Of a stretch of DNA of 64,000 nucleotides, positions 9,589-18,563 are shown piece by piece; position 1 is the first letter of the stretch; each line of letters opens with the position of its first letter. Both the position numbers and the translations under genes were made by a program. The notes below the pieces were generated by a model. The model was not told where the DNA came from and ran no database searches. It saw only the letters and a list, made by a program, of their open reading frames with translations. Source of the stretch: Candidatus Daviesbacteria bacterium (GTDB lineage Bacteria > Patescibacteriota > Microgenomatia > Daviesbacterales > UBA10151); NCBI GenBank assembly GCA_016195715.1, contig JACPZA010000002.1:43246-107245 (forward strand), in the 5' to 3' direction.

Positions 9589-9612
9589 AGGGAGGAGATC
9601 TCTCCCCTCCCT
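9589..9612 (-). terminator. Intergenic GC hairpin (AGGGAGG/CCTCCCT stem) followed by a T-run on the minus strand; putative attenuator or terminator between the two secreted-protein genes
   Basis: agggaggAGATCTCTCCcctccct read from the sequence. On the minus strand it is followed by aagagaattttttt and then the SD of the downstream gene. Confidence 0.4.
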
Positions 9613-9634
9613 AATAACCAAACTAATCCTGAGA

Positions 9635-10567
9635 TTAGTTGTGTAATTGACCACTAAGTTCTAACATAGCTTGGTTTGGTCCTGGCCAATCTATAACATC
9701 AGCTCTCATTCCTTGAGAATGCAAGTGATCTATTCCTTGTTGAATGTTTGCGTCCATATCTGCTTTGTTAGGAAAACAGACTAAATCTAAACCCCATTTT
9801 GTGTCTGCAACTTCAACATGAGCTGGATTTGCAGGTGTTGCATGAATTCTTTGAATTAATCCAGTTTTCCCATCGTTATCTGCTCTAAATCCACCATTAA
9901 CTTTGCCGTCACCATGAAGAACATATTCACGAGTAACAGTAAATTCATTTACTTTGGCTCCGTTACCTGAATCTGTACCCAATTCATGCTCTCCACACTC
10001 TTCTTGAGGTTGAAGTGTTGGGGTAGCTGCAGGTAAAGCTGCTGGTTGTGCTGGGCTACAGTTACTCACATCTACCTTCTTAATATCGTGTCTATAAACT
10101 TCTTCATCTGGATTATTATCCCTTACTGCTCTAGCATGAGCTTCAGAAGATTGCATTTCTGTAATTTGAAGACAATCTCCAGCTTGAATTAAGCCTAGTT
10201 GAATTTGGTAAGTTATTTCGTCCCAAGGAGCTTGTCCTTCTTGAGCAATAGTATTGTAAGGATTTCCTGGTTTCTGTTCTGGAAAAAAAGGATCCTCACT
10301 TGGTGTTGGAACTTCTTGAGCTCTCACTATACCAGTATTAAAAGATGGCATTCCAGTAGCTACAAAATGCTCGATTCCAACTTTATTTCCACTTGGATTT
10401 TGTCCTAAAGAATTAGACATTTCTAAACCTGCTCCACTACCAACAAGAGTTGCTAAGAAAACTCTGGTACCAATTCCTGGATGAGTTACTGCATTAACAG
10501 CTTCTCTTCCTATATTTTGAGATTTTTCAGCAATTCTTGTACTTAAATTTCTTAATTGTTCTTTCAT
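9635..10567 (-). CDS. Hypothetical secreted protein, GC-richer than surroundings; N-terminal leader shares the THP motif with 8465..9556
   Basis: Strong SD (CCAAGGAGGTGAATTTATG). N-terminus ...AVNAVTHPGIGTRVFLATLVGSGAG followed by a hydrophilic body. Composition is atypical. Confidence 0.6.
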   Translation of the reverse strand: MKEQLRNLSTRIAEKSQNIGREAVNAVTHPGIGTRVFLATLVGSGAGLEMSNSLGQNPSGNKVGIEHFVATGMPSFNTGIVRAQEVPTPSEDPFFPEQKPGNPYNTIAQEGQAPWDEITYQIQLGLIQAGDCLQITEMQSSEAHARAVRDNNPDEEVYRHDIKKVDVSNCSPAQPAALPAATPTLQPQEECGEHELGTDSGNGAKVNEFTVTREYVLHGDGKVNGGFRADNDGKTGLIQRIHATPANPAHVEVADTKWGLDLVCFPNKADMDANIQQGIDHLHSQGMRADVIDWPGPNQAMLELSGQLHN

Positions 10568-10587
10568 AAATTCACCTCCTTGGTTTT

Positions 10588-11241
10588 TTAAGCTCTAGCT
10601 TTCTTAAACATAAAAGCTGATACTATAAGCATTGCAAATGAACCAAATAAAACTAAAGCTGTGTCTGCTGGACCAGTTCTAGGTAATACTGTAGTTGTTA
10701 CTAAAATTTGATTTTCAATACAAAACAAAGCTGTATCAGATGCATTTTGATTGCTTACGCTAGCTTGGGCAAAGTTAGTTACACAGCTTAAGCTATTAGT
10801 TGCCATACTAGCTGCATTTTTAATTTTTCCTACAATATCAAAATCTCTAAATTCGCCAGGCTTAAGTTTGTCTATAGAAAAGTTTTCGGCTCTAGAGTTT
10901 GAATCAAAAGACCCAGGTCCAGAAACAAAGTCAGTAAAATCTGGGAACTTATCTTGAACTTGAATATTTGTTAAGTCAGTATTACCAGTGTTTTTAACAG
11001 TCACTCTAAAGTTAACAGTTTGTTCTGGTAAAAAGTGAGGGCCTGATGAACTTAGCGTATCAACTAATTCTCCTGTGACTGGGTTTTTAATCAATTTACT
11101 AACTGATAAAGACGTGGTCTGACAGGTTGCCCCGTAGGCACCATATTGACCTGTACAAGTAGTGCCAGAATCTGCGAAAGCACTTGGTACAGTAATTAGG
11201 AATAGGGCTAAAAGGAAACTTGATATAAGTACTTTGTTCAT
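10588..11241 (-). CDS. LPXTG (LPRTG)-anchored surface protein with a DUF11/CARDB-like beta-sandwich domain (sortase substrate)
   Basis: Signal peptide MNKVLISSFLLALFLITVPSAFA. The DUF11-like segment is TVNFRVTVKNTGNTDLTNIQVQDKFPDF. The C-terminal sorting signal is LPRTG plus a hydrophobic stretch plus KKARA. Confidence 0.75.
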   Translation of the reverse strand: MNKVLISSFLLALFLITVPSAFADSGTTCTGQYGAYGATCQTTSLSVSKLIKNPVTGELVDTLSSSGPHFLPEQTVNFRVTVKNTGNTDLTNIQVQDKFPDFTDFVSGPGSFDSNSRAENFSIDKLKPGEFRDFDIVGKIKNAASMATNSLSCVTNFAQASVSNQNASDTALFCIENQILVTTTVLPRTGPADTALVLFGSFAMLIVSAFMFKKARA

Positions 11242-11301
11242 ATTTATGGGTTATAGAAGGAAAGCTTTAATAGCTAGCCTTTTTATAACTATAAGTCATA
11301 T

Positions 11302-11329
11302 ATTATAGCTGTTTTTTTGTGCTTGTCAA
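11302..11329 (-). promoter_or_regulatory. Sigma70-like promoter (TTGACA-16 nt-TATAAT) driving the LPRTG-protein operon
   Basis: The minus strand reads cTTGACAagcacaaaaaaacagcTATAATata about 55 nt upstream of the start at 11241. Confidence 0.5.
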
Positions 11330-11429
11330 GTCTTACTGAACCCCATAGCTATACTCTATTTTCTTCATTTTAGCTTCAGATTGGCGTGAATCCATAAAGA
11401 TTATGTAAGAATTATGTAAGAGCTGGCTT

Positions 11430-12332
11430 TTAAATTACAGATGATTTAACTAATTTGGCATAAAGAATTAATCTTTGCCAGTCAGTTCCAGGAGGATAAC
11501 AAGTAGATAACACTAAATTAGCATCAGTATTTCTGATTGAAGCTAAATCTTGAGGGTTAATGACTTTTTTATTTACCATACTATACTCATACTTTTTACC
11601 ATGAAAAAAGATATCTACCTCATCACCTAAATTTAGCTCTTTAGCTGCATAAAATTTGGCATTATATTGTAGAATGTGTGCAACTGAATCTGTTGAGTGG
11701 GCAAACAAGACCATTGGACCAACTTCACCTGGATAATATGAGCCACTAGCATGGGCTACACCATTTTTAAGCTGTTCTGAATACAAAGCTTCATTGCTGG
11801 CATCAACGTTATCAATGATATTTGATTCCAGATTAATTTTAGGTATAACTACTTTAAAAATCTTATATTTAGGATCATCAGGGCTCAACTCAGCCGCTTT
11901 AGCTTGTTTTGTAACATAATCATAAGCACTTAAAAATTCTGCGCCATTATAAAAAGCTTTTTGAACTTTCTCCTGCGGAGTTTCAACTAAGTTACTCGCT
12001 TGTTTTTCTATATGGGTAATCCTAAGCTGGCTTTCTGCAATAGTTATAGGTAAAACTAAACTGATAAATCCTAATATAGCTATTAATAAACAAAAAATAG
12101 CTAGGAATTTGAAATTAATAATACTAAAAACACCCTGGCTTCCTCTATATCTTCCATCTAGCCACTGATCTGAAGTAGAATTATTTACTCTATCTAAACT
12201 TGGGTTAACAACTAAAGCTTCAGTTTGAGGCAAAAAAGGCATTGGAGCATTAAAAATAAGCTCTCCTTTAAAACTTGTGTGAAGAGATCGATCATACAGA
12301 GTGATTATTTTATCAAGTTGATTATTATCCAT
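11430..12332 (-). CDS. Sortase (transpeptidase) with N-terminal cytoplasmic region and one TM anchor
   Basis: TM segment FLAIFCLLIAILGFISLVLPI. The catalytic-domain landmarks are VIPKINL, YPGEVGPMVLFAHST, LGDEVDIF and the TLXTC-type motif NLVLSTCYPPG with a downstream R. Confidence 0.8.
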   Translation of the reverse strand: MDNNQLDKIITLYDRSLHTSFKGELIFNAPMPFLPQTEALVVNPSLDRVNNSTSDQWLDGRYRGSQGVFSIINFKFLAIFCLLIAILGFISLVLPITIAESQLRITHIEKQASNLVETPQEKVQKAFYNGAEFLSAYDYVTKQAKAAELSPDDPKYKIFKVVIPKINLESNIIDNVDASNEALYSEQLKNGVAHASGSYYPGEVGPMVLFAHSTDSVAHILQYNAKFYAAKELNLGDEVDIFFHGKKYEYSMVNKKVINPQDLASIRNTDANLVLSTCYPPGTDWQRLILYAKLVKSSVI

Positions 12333-12407
12333 AAAAAGCCTATAACAAAGGCTACAAAGACGTATTATAACAGATTTATGTAATTTTTGGGTAAATTGCT
12401 TGCCAGA

Positions 12408-13958
12408 TTACTGTGAGATAATCGGTTTTGTGCGTAATCTTTTTTCAATCGTAATCCCACCAATTTTTTTGGTAGTTATTACCTCTGAGAAGCTATTTTG
12501 CCTATCTAAAAAAGCTTTTAAACGCTCTGGGTGAGGTGAATCTACCTCTTCTAGTGTATATAAAACTAAAGTATTTTCTTTTTTAGGCACAAATCCATAG
12601 TTTTTTTGCCCATACCAAAGTATTAAATAATCATAGCTGTAGGGAATAACTGGTGGTACATAGACGTCAACATTAAAATCTTTGGTTTTGGCATCTTGAT
12701 AAATATAATCAATCGCTTGCTTTTGATTAGTGAAATTAATAGTATTTTCTGCTGGTTCACCTTGACTTAAATAGCTTTGAGTCTTAGCTAAGTTTACATT
12801 TAAAAAGATATATAAAAAAATTAAAGCTAAGGGCCAAAGATATAGTTTTTGCAGCCAAAGATAAATGAGAAAACCAATTAGCAGAAAAAAGGCTGGCATA
12901 GTTCCAGATAAATAGTATCCCCAAACATAGCCATTATTACCCTGATAAAAAAGTAAACCAATTAATGCTCCAGCGATCCATAAAACTAACAGCCAAACTC
13001 CCCAAAGAGAGTCTGTTTTGCCAAAAAGCCGCTTTGTAAATGCCAAAATAGAAGCTAGAGCTAAAACTATAAATATGAGCATTTTTTGTTTTTCAAAGCT
13101 TAAAGCATTAGCATAGTTTTCTAGATAAAAAGGCAATCTTTGTTTAACCGTATCCCAAAAGCTACTATGAAAACTTTTTTCAGTAACTAAAAAAAGATAA
13201 AAAGCTTTAAATAGTAAAAATTTATGTTTTAAATCAAATAAAATTTGAGGTAAAAGAGTTAGTCCAAATGCTAAAACACTTAAAATTATCCATTTTTTTT
13301 CTATTTTAATTTTTAAAAGAAGCAAGATGGCAATAGTTGAAGGTATAAACCAAATTGCTGAGGCTGCTTCAAGTTGTAGTGCTAAACCAATGCTAAAAGT
13401 CCCAATTGCTAGCCACCAACCAGGTTTTTTTAATTTTAATAAAGTTAGAGAAAGTAAAGTTAAACTCGAGAAAAAAGCAATTGGTGCAGGATTTGCAAAC
13501 CAGCGAGCAAAAGTTATAGCATCAAAAGAAAGCGCAAATAAAAATGCTGCTATAAACCCGACCGCTATATTAAAGGCTTTTTTGCCAATTAGAAAAATTA
13601 AAATTATCGCCAAAGCATTAACAAACCCTACAGAGCCAGAAGCGACAGCTGGATCTCCCCCACCAAGTAAATAACCAATGGCTATTAGATAATAATAAAA
13701 TGGTCCTAAAAATATCCCTTCAATTCCAGAAGTTGGACCAATTAAAGTAAATTTATGATTAACTAATAGATCATAAATCACTAACCCATCTCTACCAGAA
13801 TCATAATAAAAACCTAGTAAGTCCTCTAAGCGATAGATTCTTAAAAAAAATCCTAAAATAAATATAGCCGCCAGGGATAAAATCCAAAATAAATCTTTTT
13901 TAGAAAGCTTAAACCCTAGCATAATATACAATTGTAACTGTAACTCTGGTATTATCAA
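12408..13958 (-). CDS. Polytopic membrane glycosyltransferase, GT39/GT83 (ArnT/PMT)-like GT-C family
   Basis: 516 aa with about 12 TM helices. The first loop carries the motif LRIYRLEDLLGFYYDSGRDGLVIYDL. This is the overall GT-C architecture. Confidence 0.55.
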   Translation of the reverse strand: MIIPELQLQLYIMLGFKLSKKDLFWILSLAAIFILGFFLRIYRLEDLLGFYYDSGRDGLVIYDLLVNHKFTLIGPTSGIEGIFLGPFYYYLIAIGYLLGGGDPAVASGSVGFVNALAIILIFLIGKKAFNIAVGFIAAFLFALSFDAITFARWFANPAPIAFFSSLTLLSLTLLKLKKPGWWLAIGTFSIGLALQLEAASAIWFIPSTIAILLLLKIKIEKKWIILSVLAFGLTLLPQILFDLKHKFLLFKAFYLFLVTEKSFHSSFWDTVKQRLPFYLENYANALSFEKQKMLIFIVLALASILAFTKRLFGKTDSLWGVWLLVLWIAGALIGLLFYQGNNGYVWGYYLSGTMPAFFLLIGFLIYLWLQKLYLWPLALIFLYIFLNVNLAKTQSYLSQGEPAENTINFTNQKQAIDYIYQDAKTKDFNVDVYVPPVIPYSYDYLILWYGQKNYGFVPKKENTLVLYTLEEVDSPHPERLKAFLDRQNSFSEVITTKKIGGITIEKRLRTKPIISQ

Positions 13959-13967
13959 GATGTACCA

Positions 13968-14324
13968 ATGCCCACAAAAAGAATTTTATCCTTTAAATAT
14001 GCCTTAGAAGGAGTTGCTTGCGCTTTTAAAGAAGAACCAAATTTAAAAATTCATTTTCTGATTGCTGCTGTTGTTGTTACTTTAGGTATAATTTTTCACT
14101 TAAGCACACTAGATTGGCTAATTTTAATTATCACAATTGGTGTAGTAATTAGTGTGGAATTAACCAATACAGCCATTGAATCAGTTGTAGACTCATTCAC
14201 CGCTGAAGCCCATCCTGGTGCTAAAAAAGCTAAAGATATTTCAGCTGGTGCGGTTTTAGTAGTTTCAATTATGGCTTTAGTGATTGGGATATTAATTTTT
14301 CTACCTTACTTAAAGTTCTATTAA
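13968..14324 (+). CDS. dgkA: Diacylglycerol kinase / undecaprenol kinase family (DgkA)
   Basis: Three TM helices. Signature ELTNTAIESVVD...EAHPGAKKAKDISAGAVLV. Size 118 aa. Confidence 0.8.
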   Translation: MPTKRILSFKYALEGVACAFKEEPNLKIHFLIAAVVVTLGIIFHLSTLDWLILIITIGVVISVELTNTAIESVVDSFTAEAHPGAKKAKDISAGAVLVVSIMALVIGILIFLPYLKFY

Positions 14325-15410
14325 TTTTTTTGCAGCTCGAGTGAGTTGAATAAGCTGATTATTTTCAATTGTAAATAAATCTTCAATTCTCACTCCACCA
14401 AATCCTTTTAGATAAATTCCTGGCTCAATGGAAAAAACCATACCACTTTTTAAAATATCCTTGCTTTTTGGCGAGAGTCGGGGAGACTCATGAACCTCTA
14501 AACCAACTCCATGACCTAGCGAGTGGGGGATATTAGGAAACCCTTGACTTAATATATATTCTCTGGCAACTTTATCAACATCTTTTGCCAAAATGGGTAA
14601 ATTTTTTTTTAATTTTTCAGAGATAAACTCAATTGCTTTTTGTTGTGCATTAAAAACTGTTTGATAAATTTTAGTCTGTTTTTTTGAAGCCTTGCCAAAA
14701 AAAATAGTCCTGGTCATATCTGAACAATAATTTTCAAATTTAACTCCAAAATCAAGTAATACAAATTGACCATTTTTTGAATTCAAAATTTCATTTCCAG
14801 TTTGGTGATGGGGGATAGAGGAATTTTTTCCAAAAGCTACAATTGCAGGAAAAGAAAATTGCACCTTTTGGTCTTTTATAAATAACTCAAGTTTATAACT
14901 TAAATCTTTTTCACTAATACCAAACTTTATCTGCTTTAAAATAAATTTAAAAGCTAAATTAGCAATTTGACAAGCTTTTTTAATTTTAGCTATCTCCTCT
15001 TTATTTTTTAACTGACGAGTGCTTGATAAATCTAAATGCACAAATTCAATAAAAATTTTGGAAAATTTTTGATATTCTAAAAAGCTTAAATTTTCTCCTT
15101 CAAAACCCACTTTTTTTAGTCCTTTAGTTTTAGTTAGTTTTTTTAATTGTTTATCTATAATATTGTGCGACGTCAATGTAATTAATCGGAAATCGGGGAG
15201 ATGTTTTTGAATGGCTTCTGAATATCTACCATCAGTTAAAATAAATTGAGAATTTTTGGTAATTAATAAATAAGCTTCTCTCTCCTCTTTTGAAAAATTA
15301 TAATAATCAGTTAGATAAGCGATATTTGTAGCATGAGTTACTAATACTCCATCAAGCTTTTTATCGGTAATTATTTTTTTTAAAGTTACCATCTTGCTAT
15401 TTTTTAACAT
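14310..15410 (-). CDS. M24 family metallopeptidase (Xaa-Pro aminopeptidase/prolidase-like)
   Basis: Creatinase-like N-terminal domain plus the M24 metal ligands FENYCSDMTRT, HSLGHGVGLEVHE, GMVFSIEPGIY and GVRIEDL. Confidence 0.8.
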   Translation of the reverse strand: MLKNSKMVTLKKIITDKKLDGVLVTHATNIAYLTDYYNFSKEEREAYLLITKNSQFILTDGRYSEAIQKHLPDFRLITLTSHNIIDKQLKKLTKTKGLKKVGFEGENLSFLEYQKFSKIFIEFVHLDLSSTRQLKNKEEIAKIKKACQIANLAFKFILKQIKFGISEKDLSYKLELFIKDQKVQFSFPAIVAFGKNSSIPHHQTGNEILNSKNGQFVLLDFGVKFENYCSDMTRTIFFGKASKKQTKIYQTVFNAQQKAIEFISEKLKKNLPILAKDVDKVAREYILSQGFPNIPHSLGHGVGLEVHESPRLSPKSKDILKSGMVFSIEPGIYLKGFGGVRIEDLFTIENNQLIQLTRAAKKLIEL

Positions 15411-15502
15411 AATCTTAAACTTCCTCTTATAGTTTTAGTCTAAATTTAACTAGTTGTAAATTTAGCGAAACTATTATACGTTAAGGATCAACAAAAAAGG
15501 AG

Positions 15503-15970
15503 GTGACTTTAATGAGTAGGTTATTTAAAATTGCCGTTTATTTAATAACTACTTTTCTTTCAGTCTTTCTATTTTCTGGAGTCGCTTTGGCTAAAACCCA
15601 AGATGAAATGCCGATGTGGGATGTTCGAGGAACAGGAAGTTTAGAGTTTGTTTGTGTTACACCAGATACTTGTCCAGGCGGTCCTTTTGATCATAGTATT
15701 AATGTTACAACTGAAAATCCAGACGGAACATTTTCTGGAACTGGCTACTTCATTCCAGATCCAGCCACCACCTGGACTGTAACTGGAACACTAAATAGTT
15801 CAGCTGTTGCTTTCCATATTGTTTACACTGGAACCAATCCTGGTTATACAATTGATGGACAAGGAACTATATCTATAGATGGATCTTTTAATGGAATAGC
15901 TCAAAGTAATACCAGTCAAGGATTTAGTTGGCATAGTACTAAGGGAAAAGCTAAGTTAATTAATCCCTAG
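15503..15970 (+). CDS. Small secreted hypothetical protein (G/T-rich beta-rich domain)
   Basis: Strong SD AAGGAGGTGA upstream. The likely ATG start is at 15512 (MSRLFKIAVYLITTFLSVFLFSGVALA signal peptide); the track start at 15503 is GTG. Confidence 0.5.
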   Translation: MTLMSRLFKIAVYLITTFLSVFLFSGVALAKTQDEMPMWDVRGTGSLEFVCVTPDTCPGGPFDHSINVTTENPDGTFSGTGYFIPDPATTWTVTGTLNSSAVAFHIVYTGTNPGYTIDGQGTISIDGSFNGIAQSNTSQGFSWHSTKGKAKLINP

Positions 15971-15985
15971 AGAATTAGAATTAAT

Positions 15986-16897
15986 TTATAAAAAATCAGC
16001 TATTATTTTACTAATATTTAATGCTAAATCACTAGCATTATAGAGCCATTTGGAATCTCTCCATAAATTATTTGATGCTTGTTTTAAAATAAAACTGGCT
16101 GCACTTGCGACTTCCAGTGGATCATCGCAGTGAAAATACAAAGATGCAACCACCCCAGCTAGCACATCTCCTGTTCCCCCTTTTGTCATACCTGCATTTC
16201 CACCTGGTGAATACAACCAACCAGTATAACTTGCAATAATATCCACTGGCCCTTTAAGTAAAATGGTAATCTTATATTCTTTGGCAATACTAAAAACAAT
16301 TTCAGCCACTTTTTGAATATCGCTAAATTGATTTGAATGTGATGTTTTAAGTTTGTCTGAATTAATATCAAAAAGATTAGCCATTTCTAGTCTATGTGGG
16401 GTAATTATTATTTTAGTTTTATTTTTTAAATCTTCCGATTTAATAACTTGTAAACTTCCTGCATCTAAAACCGCTTTTTTATTTGAAGATAAAACTTTTT
16501 GAGTAATTTCCAAAGAAAAATCTCTTTCCCCATGAGTTTCTGCCCTTGTACTTTCTGGCTCTCTCATCAATCCTGGACCTACTAAAACCACATCAGCACT
16601 TTTTAAATAATTATCAACTTCTTCTCTTAAAATTCCTATAAAACTTTCTTGCTCTTTTTTAATAAAATTTAAATTTTCTTTGGTTGAGCAAAAATAAACC
16701 ATATCATTCATTCTGCTTGCTAAACCAATAATTGTCTCAGTCGCTGCAAGCAAAGATAACCTTCCAGCTCCATGAAATAAAGGCGAATCTGCAATAATTA
16801 ATATTTTGCCATTTTGGCCTTTATGGGAATCAGAGTTTGGTAGTAACAAAACTTTTTTAACTAAAGACTCATTTACTAAGAATTTATCACTCGACAT
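15986..16897 (-). CDS. nnrD: ADP-dependent NAD(P)H-hydrate dehydratase (YjeF C-terminal/carbohydrate-kinase-like family)
   Basis: Motifs VVLVGPGL and KGPVDIIA, and the C-terminal GNAGMTKGGTGDVLAGVVASL, which is typical of Nnr2/YjeF_C. Confidence 0.75.
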   Translation of the reverse strand: MSSDKFLVNESLVKKVLLLPNSDSHKGQNGKILIIADSPLFHGAGRLSLLAATETIIGLASRMNDMVYFCSTKENLNFIKKEQESFIGILREEVDNYLKSADVVLVGPGLMREPESTRAETHGERDFSLEITQKVLSSNKKAVLDAGSLQVIKSEDLKNKTKIIITPHRLEMANLFDINSDKLKTSHSNQFSDIQKVAEIVFSIAKEYKITILLKGPVDIIASYTGWLYSPGGNAGMTKGGTGDVLAGVVASLYFHCDDPLEVASAASFILKQASNNLWRDSKWLYNASDLALNISKIIADFL

Positions 16898-16997
16898 ATT
16901 AATTATTATACTAATTTTTATTTGCCTCGGTAATTAATTTAGTTCGCCTCTTAAAACTTTTCAATGAGTTACTTAAAACTAAAATTCCAAAAATTAC

Positions 16998-17564
16998 TTA
17001 TAAAAAAATTAATGTCAAATGAAAGCGATTTTCTAAAAAAATATCTTTGAAAAAATAAATTAGCAAAAATGCACTTAAATTAAAAATAAATCCAGCCGGA
17101 ACTAAAAATTTTAATTCAAAAAGTTGCCTACTTAAAATATGATTAAAAAGTAACTTTTTTTGTTTGGTATTAAAAACTGATTCGTGTTTTTTAATTAAAT
17201 TTAAGTCAAAAATATATAAACCTGCTGCAACTACAAACAGTCCAACAATAAACCCAAACCAAAGTAGCGGATTATCCATAGCAGAAAATGCCATTATTTC
17301 GACTAAGCTAACTAAAAAATATAAAAAGCTATGGACTAAATCCATTGGCCAATCAATAAAAGATAGCGCATGAATTATAGCTTGTGACCAAAAAATTAAA
17401 ATTAATAAAAGTCCGGATAAAACATACAGCCAATACTCAAAATGTAAATTGGAAATAATATGCGAGCTATTATCTGCTAAAGAAACTAAAGCCACACCTT
17501 GAACGACACTAATTAGTAAAAACTCAATATCTAAAACTATCCCATCCAATTTTTCTCTATTCAT
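16998..17564 (-). CDS. Hypothetical integral membrane protein (about 5 TM)
   Basis: Long hydrophobic ORF with no recognisable motifs. Confidence 0.4.
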   Translation of the reverse strand: MNREKLDGIVLDIEFLLISVVQGVALVSLADNSSHIISNLHFEYWLYVLSGLLLILIFWSQAIIHALSFIDWPMDLVHSFLYFLVSLVEIMAFSAMDNPLLWFGFIVGLFVVAAGLYIFDLNLIKKHESVFNTKQKKLLFNHILSRQLFELKFLVPAGFIFNLSAFLLIYFFKDIFLENRFHLTLIFL

Positions 17565-17615
17565 AGCCTGCTATTATCCAGCAAATTTATAATAAATAAT
17601 AGTAGAGAAATTTAG

Positions 17616-18563
17616 GTGTTTAAATTTAGCTATCAATTCAATTATCATAGAATGATGATTAAAAAGCTTCAAAAGAAAACAAATTTTATAATAATTTCAT
17701 TAGTAATCTCAACTTGTGTGCTTATGATAGCAAACGGTCTTTGGTTTTCTCCTGATCAATTTTTTGTCTTAGCGGGTTTATTAATGTTAATTTTTGGAAG
17801 ATTTAAGAATTATTTAAAAGATTGGACTTTACCCGTTTTTTTATTATTACTTTATGATTACCTGCGGGGTATTCTTCCTCACCTAGCTGCGTTACCTCAT
17901 GTTAATCCAATGGTAAAATTTGGAATGTTAAAAGGATTTATATGGGGTGTAATGTTACAAAGATATTTGTCTTCCGATCAACTATTACACTGGTACGATT
18001 TTGTTGTTGTTTTTTTATATATGACTCATTTTGTAATTCCCATGATTATATCCTTAATATTCTGGCTAAATAACCGCAAATTGTTTAAAGAATACATGTA
18101 TTCTTTAGTTGTTCTTTCCTATTTAGCTCTAATTAGTTTTGTGCTCTTCCCTACAATGCCACCTTGGATGGCAGCTCAATCAGGCTATATACCCCACCTT
18201 GATAATCTTTATGATTTTATAATCGATTATTTTCCACACTCATTTTATTTGCCTAGTGTTTATCAGTGGATTGACAATAACTTAGTTGCAGCACTTCCCT
18301 CTATGCACGCTGCTTATCCCTGGTTAACTTTTCTGTATTTGAGAAAAGTCTATCCAAAATTTCAATTTGCTTTGATTCTTTATGTTATATCAATTTGGTT
18401 CACAACACTTTATTTAGGTGAACATTACAGTTTGGATATAATAGTTGCAATCTTATATGCTCAATTCACTTATATGATAATTACCCGACGGAAAAGTATA
18501 TTTAAAAAAGTTAATTACATTTTAGGTAACCATAAGTTATGGAAAGCTAAAAATGATTTCTGA
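17616..18563 (+). CDS. PAP2-superfamily membrane protein (PAP2_3 / inositol-phosphorylceramide-synthase-like)
   Basis: Polytopic. PSMHAAYP resembles PSGH motif 2, and GEHYSLDIIVA resembles the S/GxHxxxD motif 3. Confidence 0.5.
   Translation: MFKFSYQFNYHRMMIKKLQKKTNFIIISLVISTCVLMIANGLWFSPDQFFVLAGLLMLIFGRFKNYLKDWTLPVFLLLLYDYLRGILPHLAALPHVNPMVKFGMLKGFIWGVMLQRYLSSDQLLHWYDFVVVFLYMTHFVIPMIISLIFWLNNRKLFKEYMYSLVVLSYLALISFVLFPTMPPWMAAQSGYIPHLDNLYDFIIDYFPHSFYLPSVYQWIDNNLVAALPSMHAAYPWLTFLYLRKVYPKFQFALILYVISIWFTTLYLGEHYSLDIIVAILYAQFTYMIITRRKSIFKKVNYILGNHKLWKAKNDF

Noticed and set aside
10199-10957. Antisense ORFs 10199..10408(+) and 10751..10957(+) inside the sortase-operon genes
   Set aside because: They overlap well-supported minus-strand genes (strong SD, signal peptide, LPXTG). 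No start context.
13327-13674. 115-aa ORF antisense to the GT39-like membrane gene
   Set aside because: Fully embedded in a 516-aa polytopic gene. Ala/Pro-rich translation is typical of a reverse frame over TM-coding sequence.
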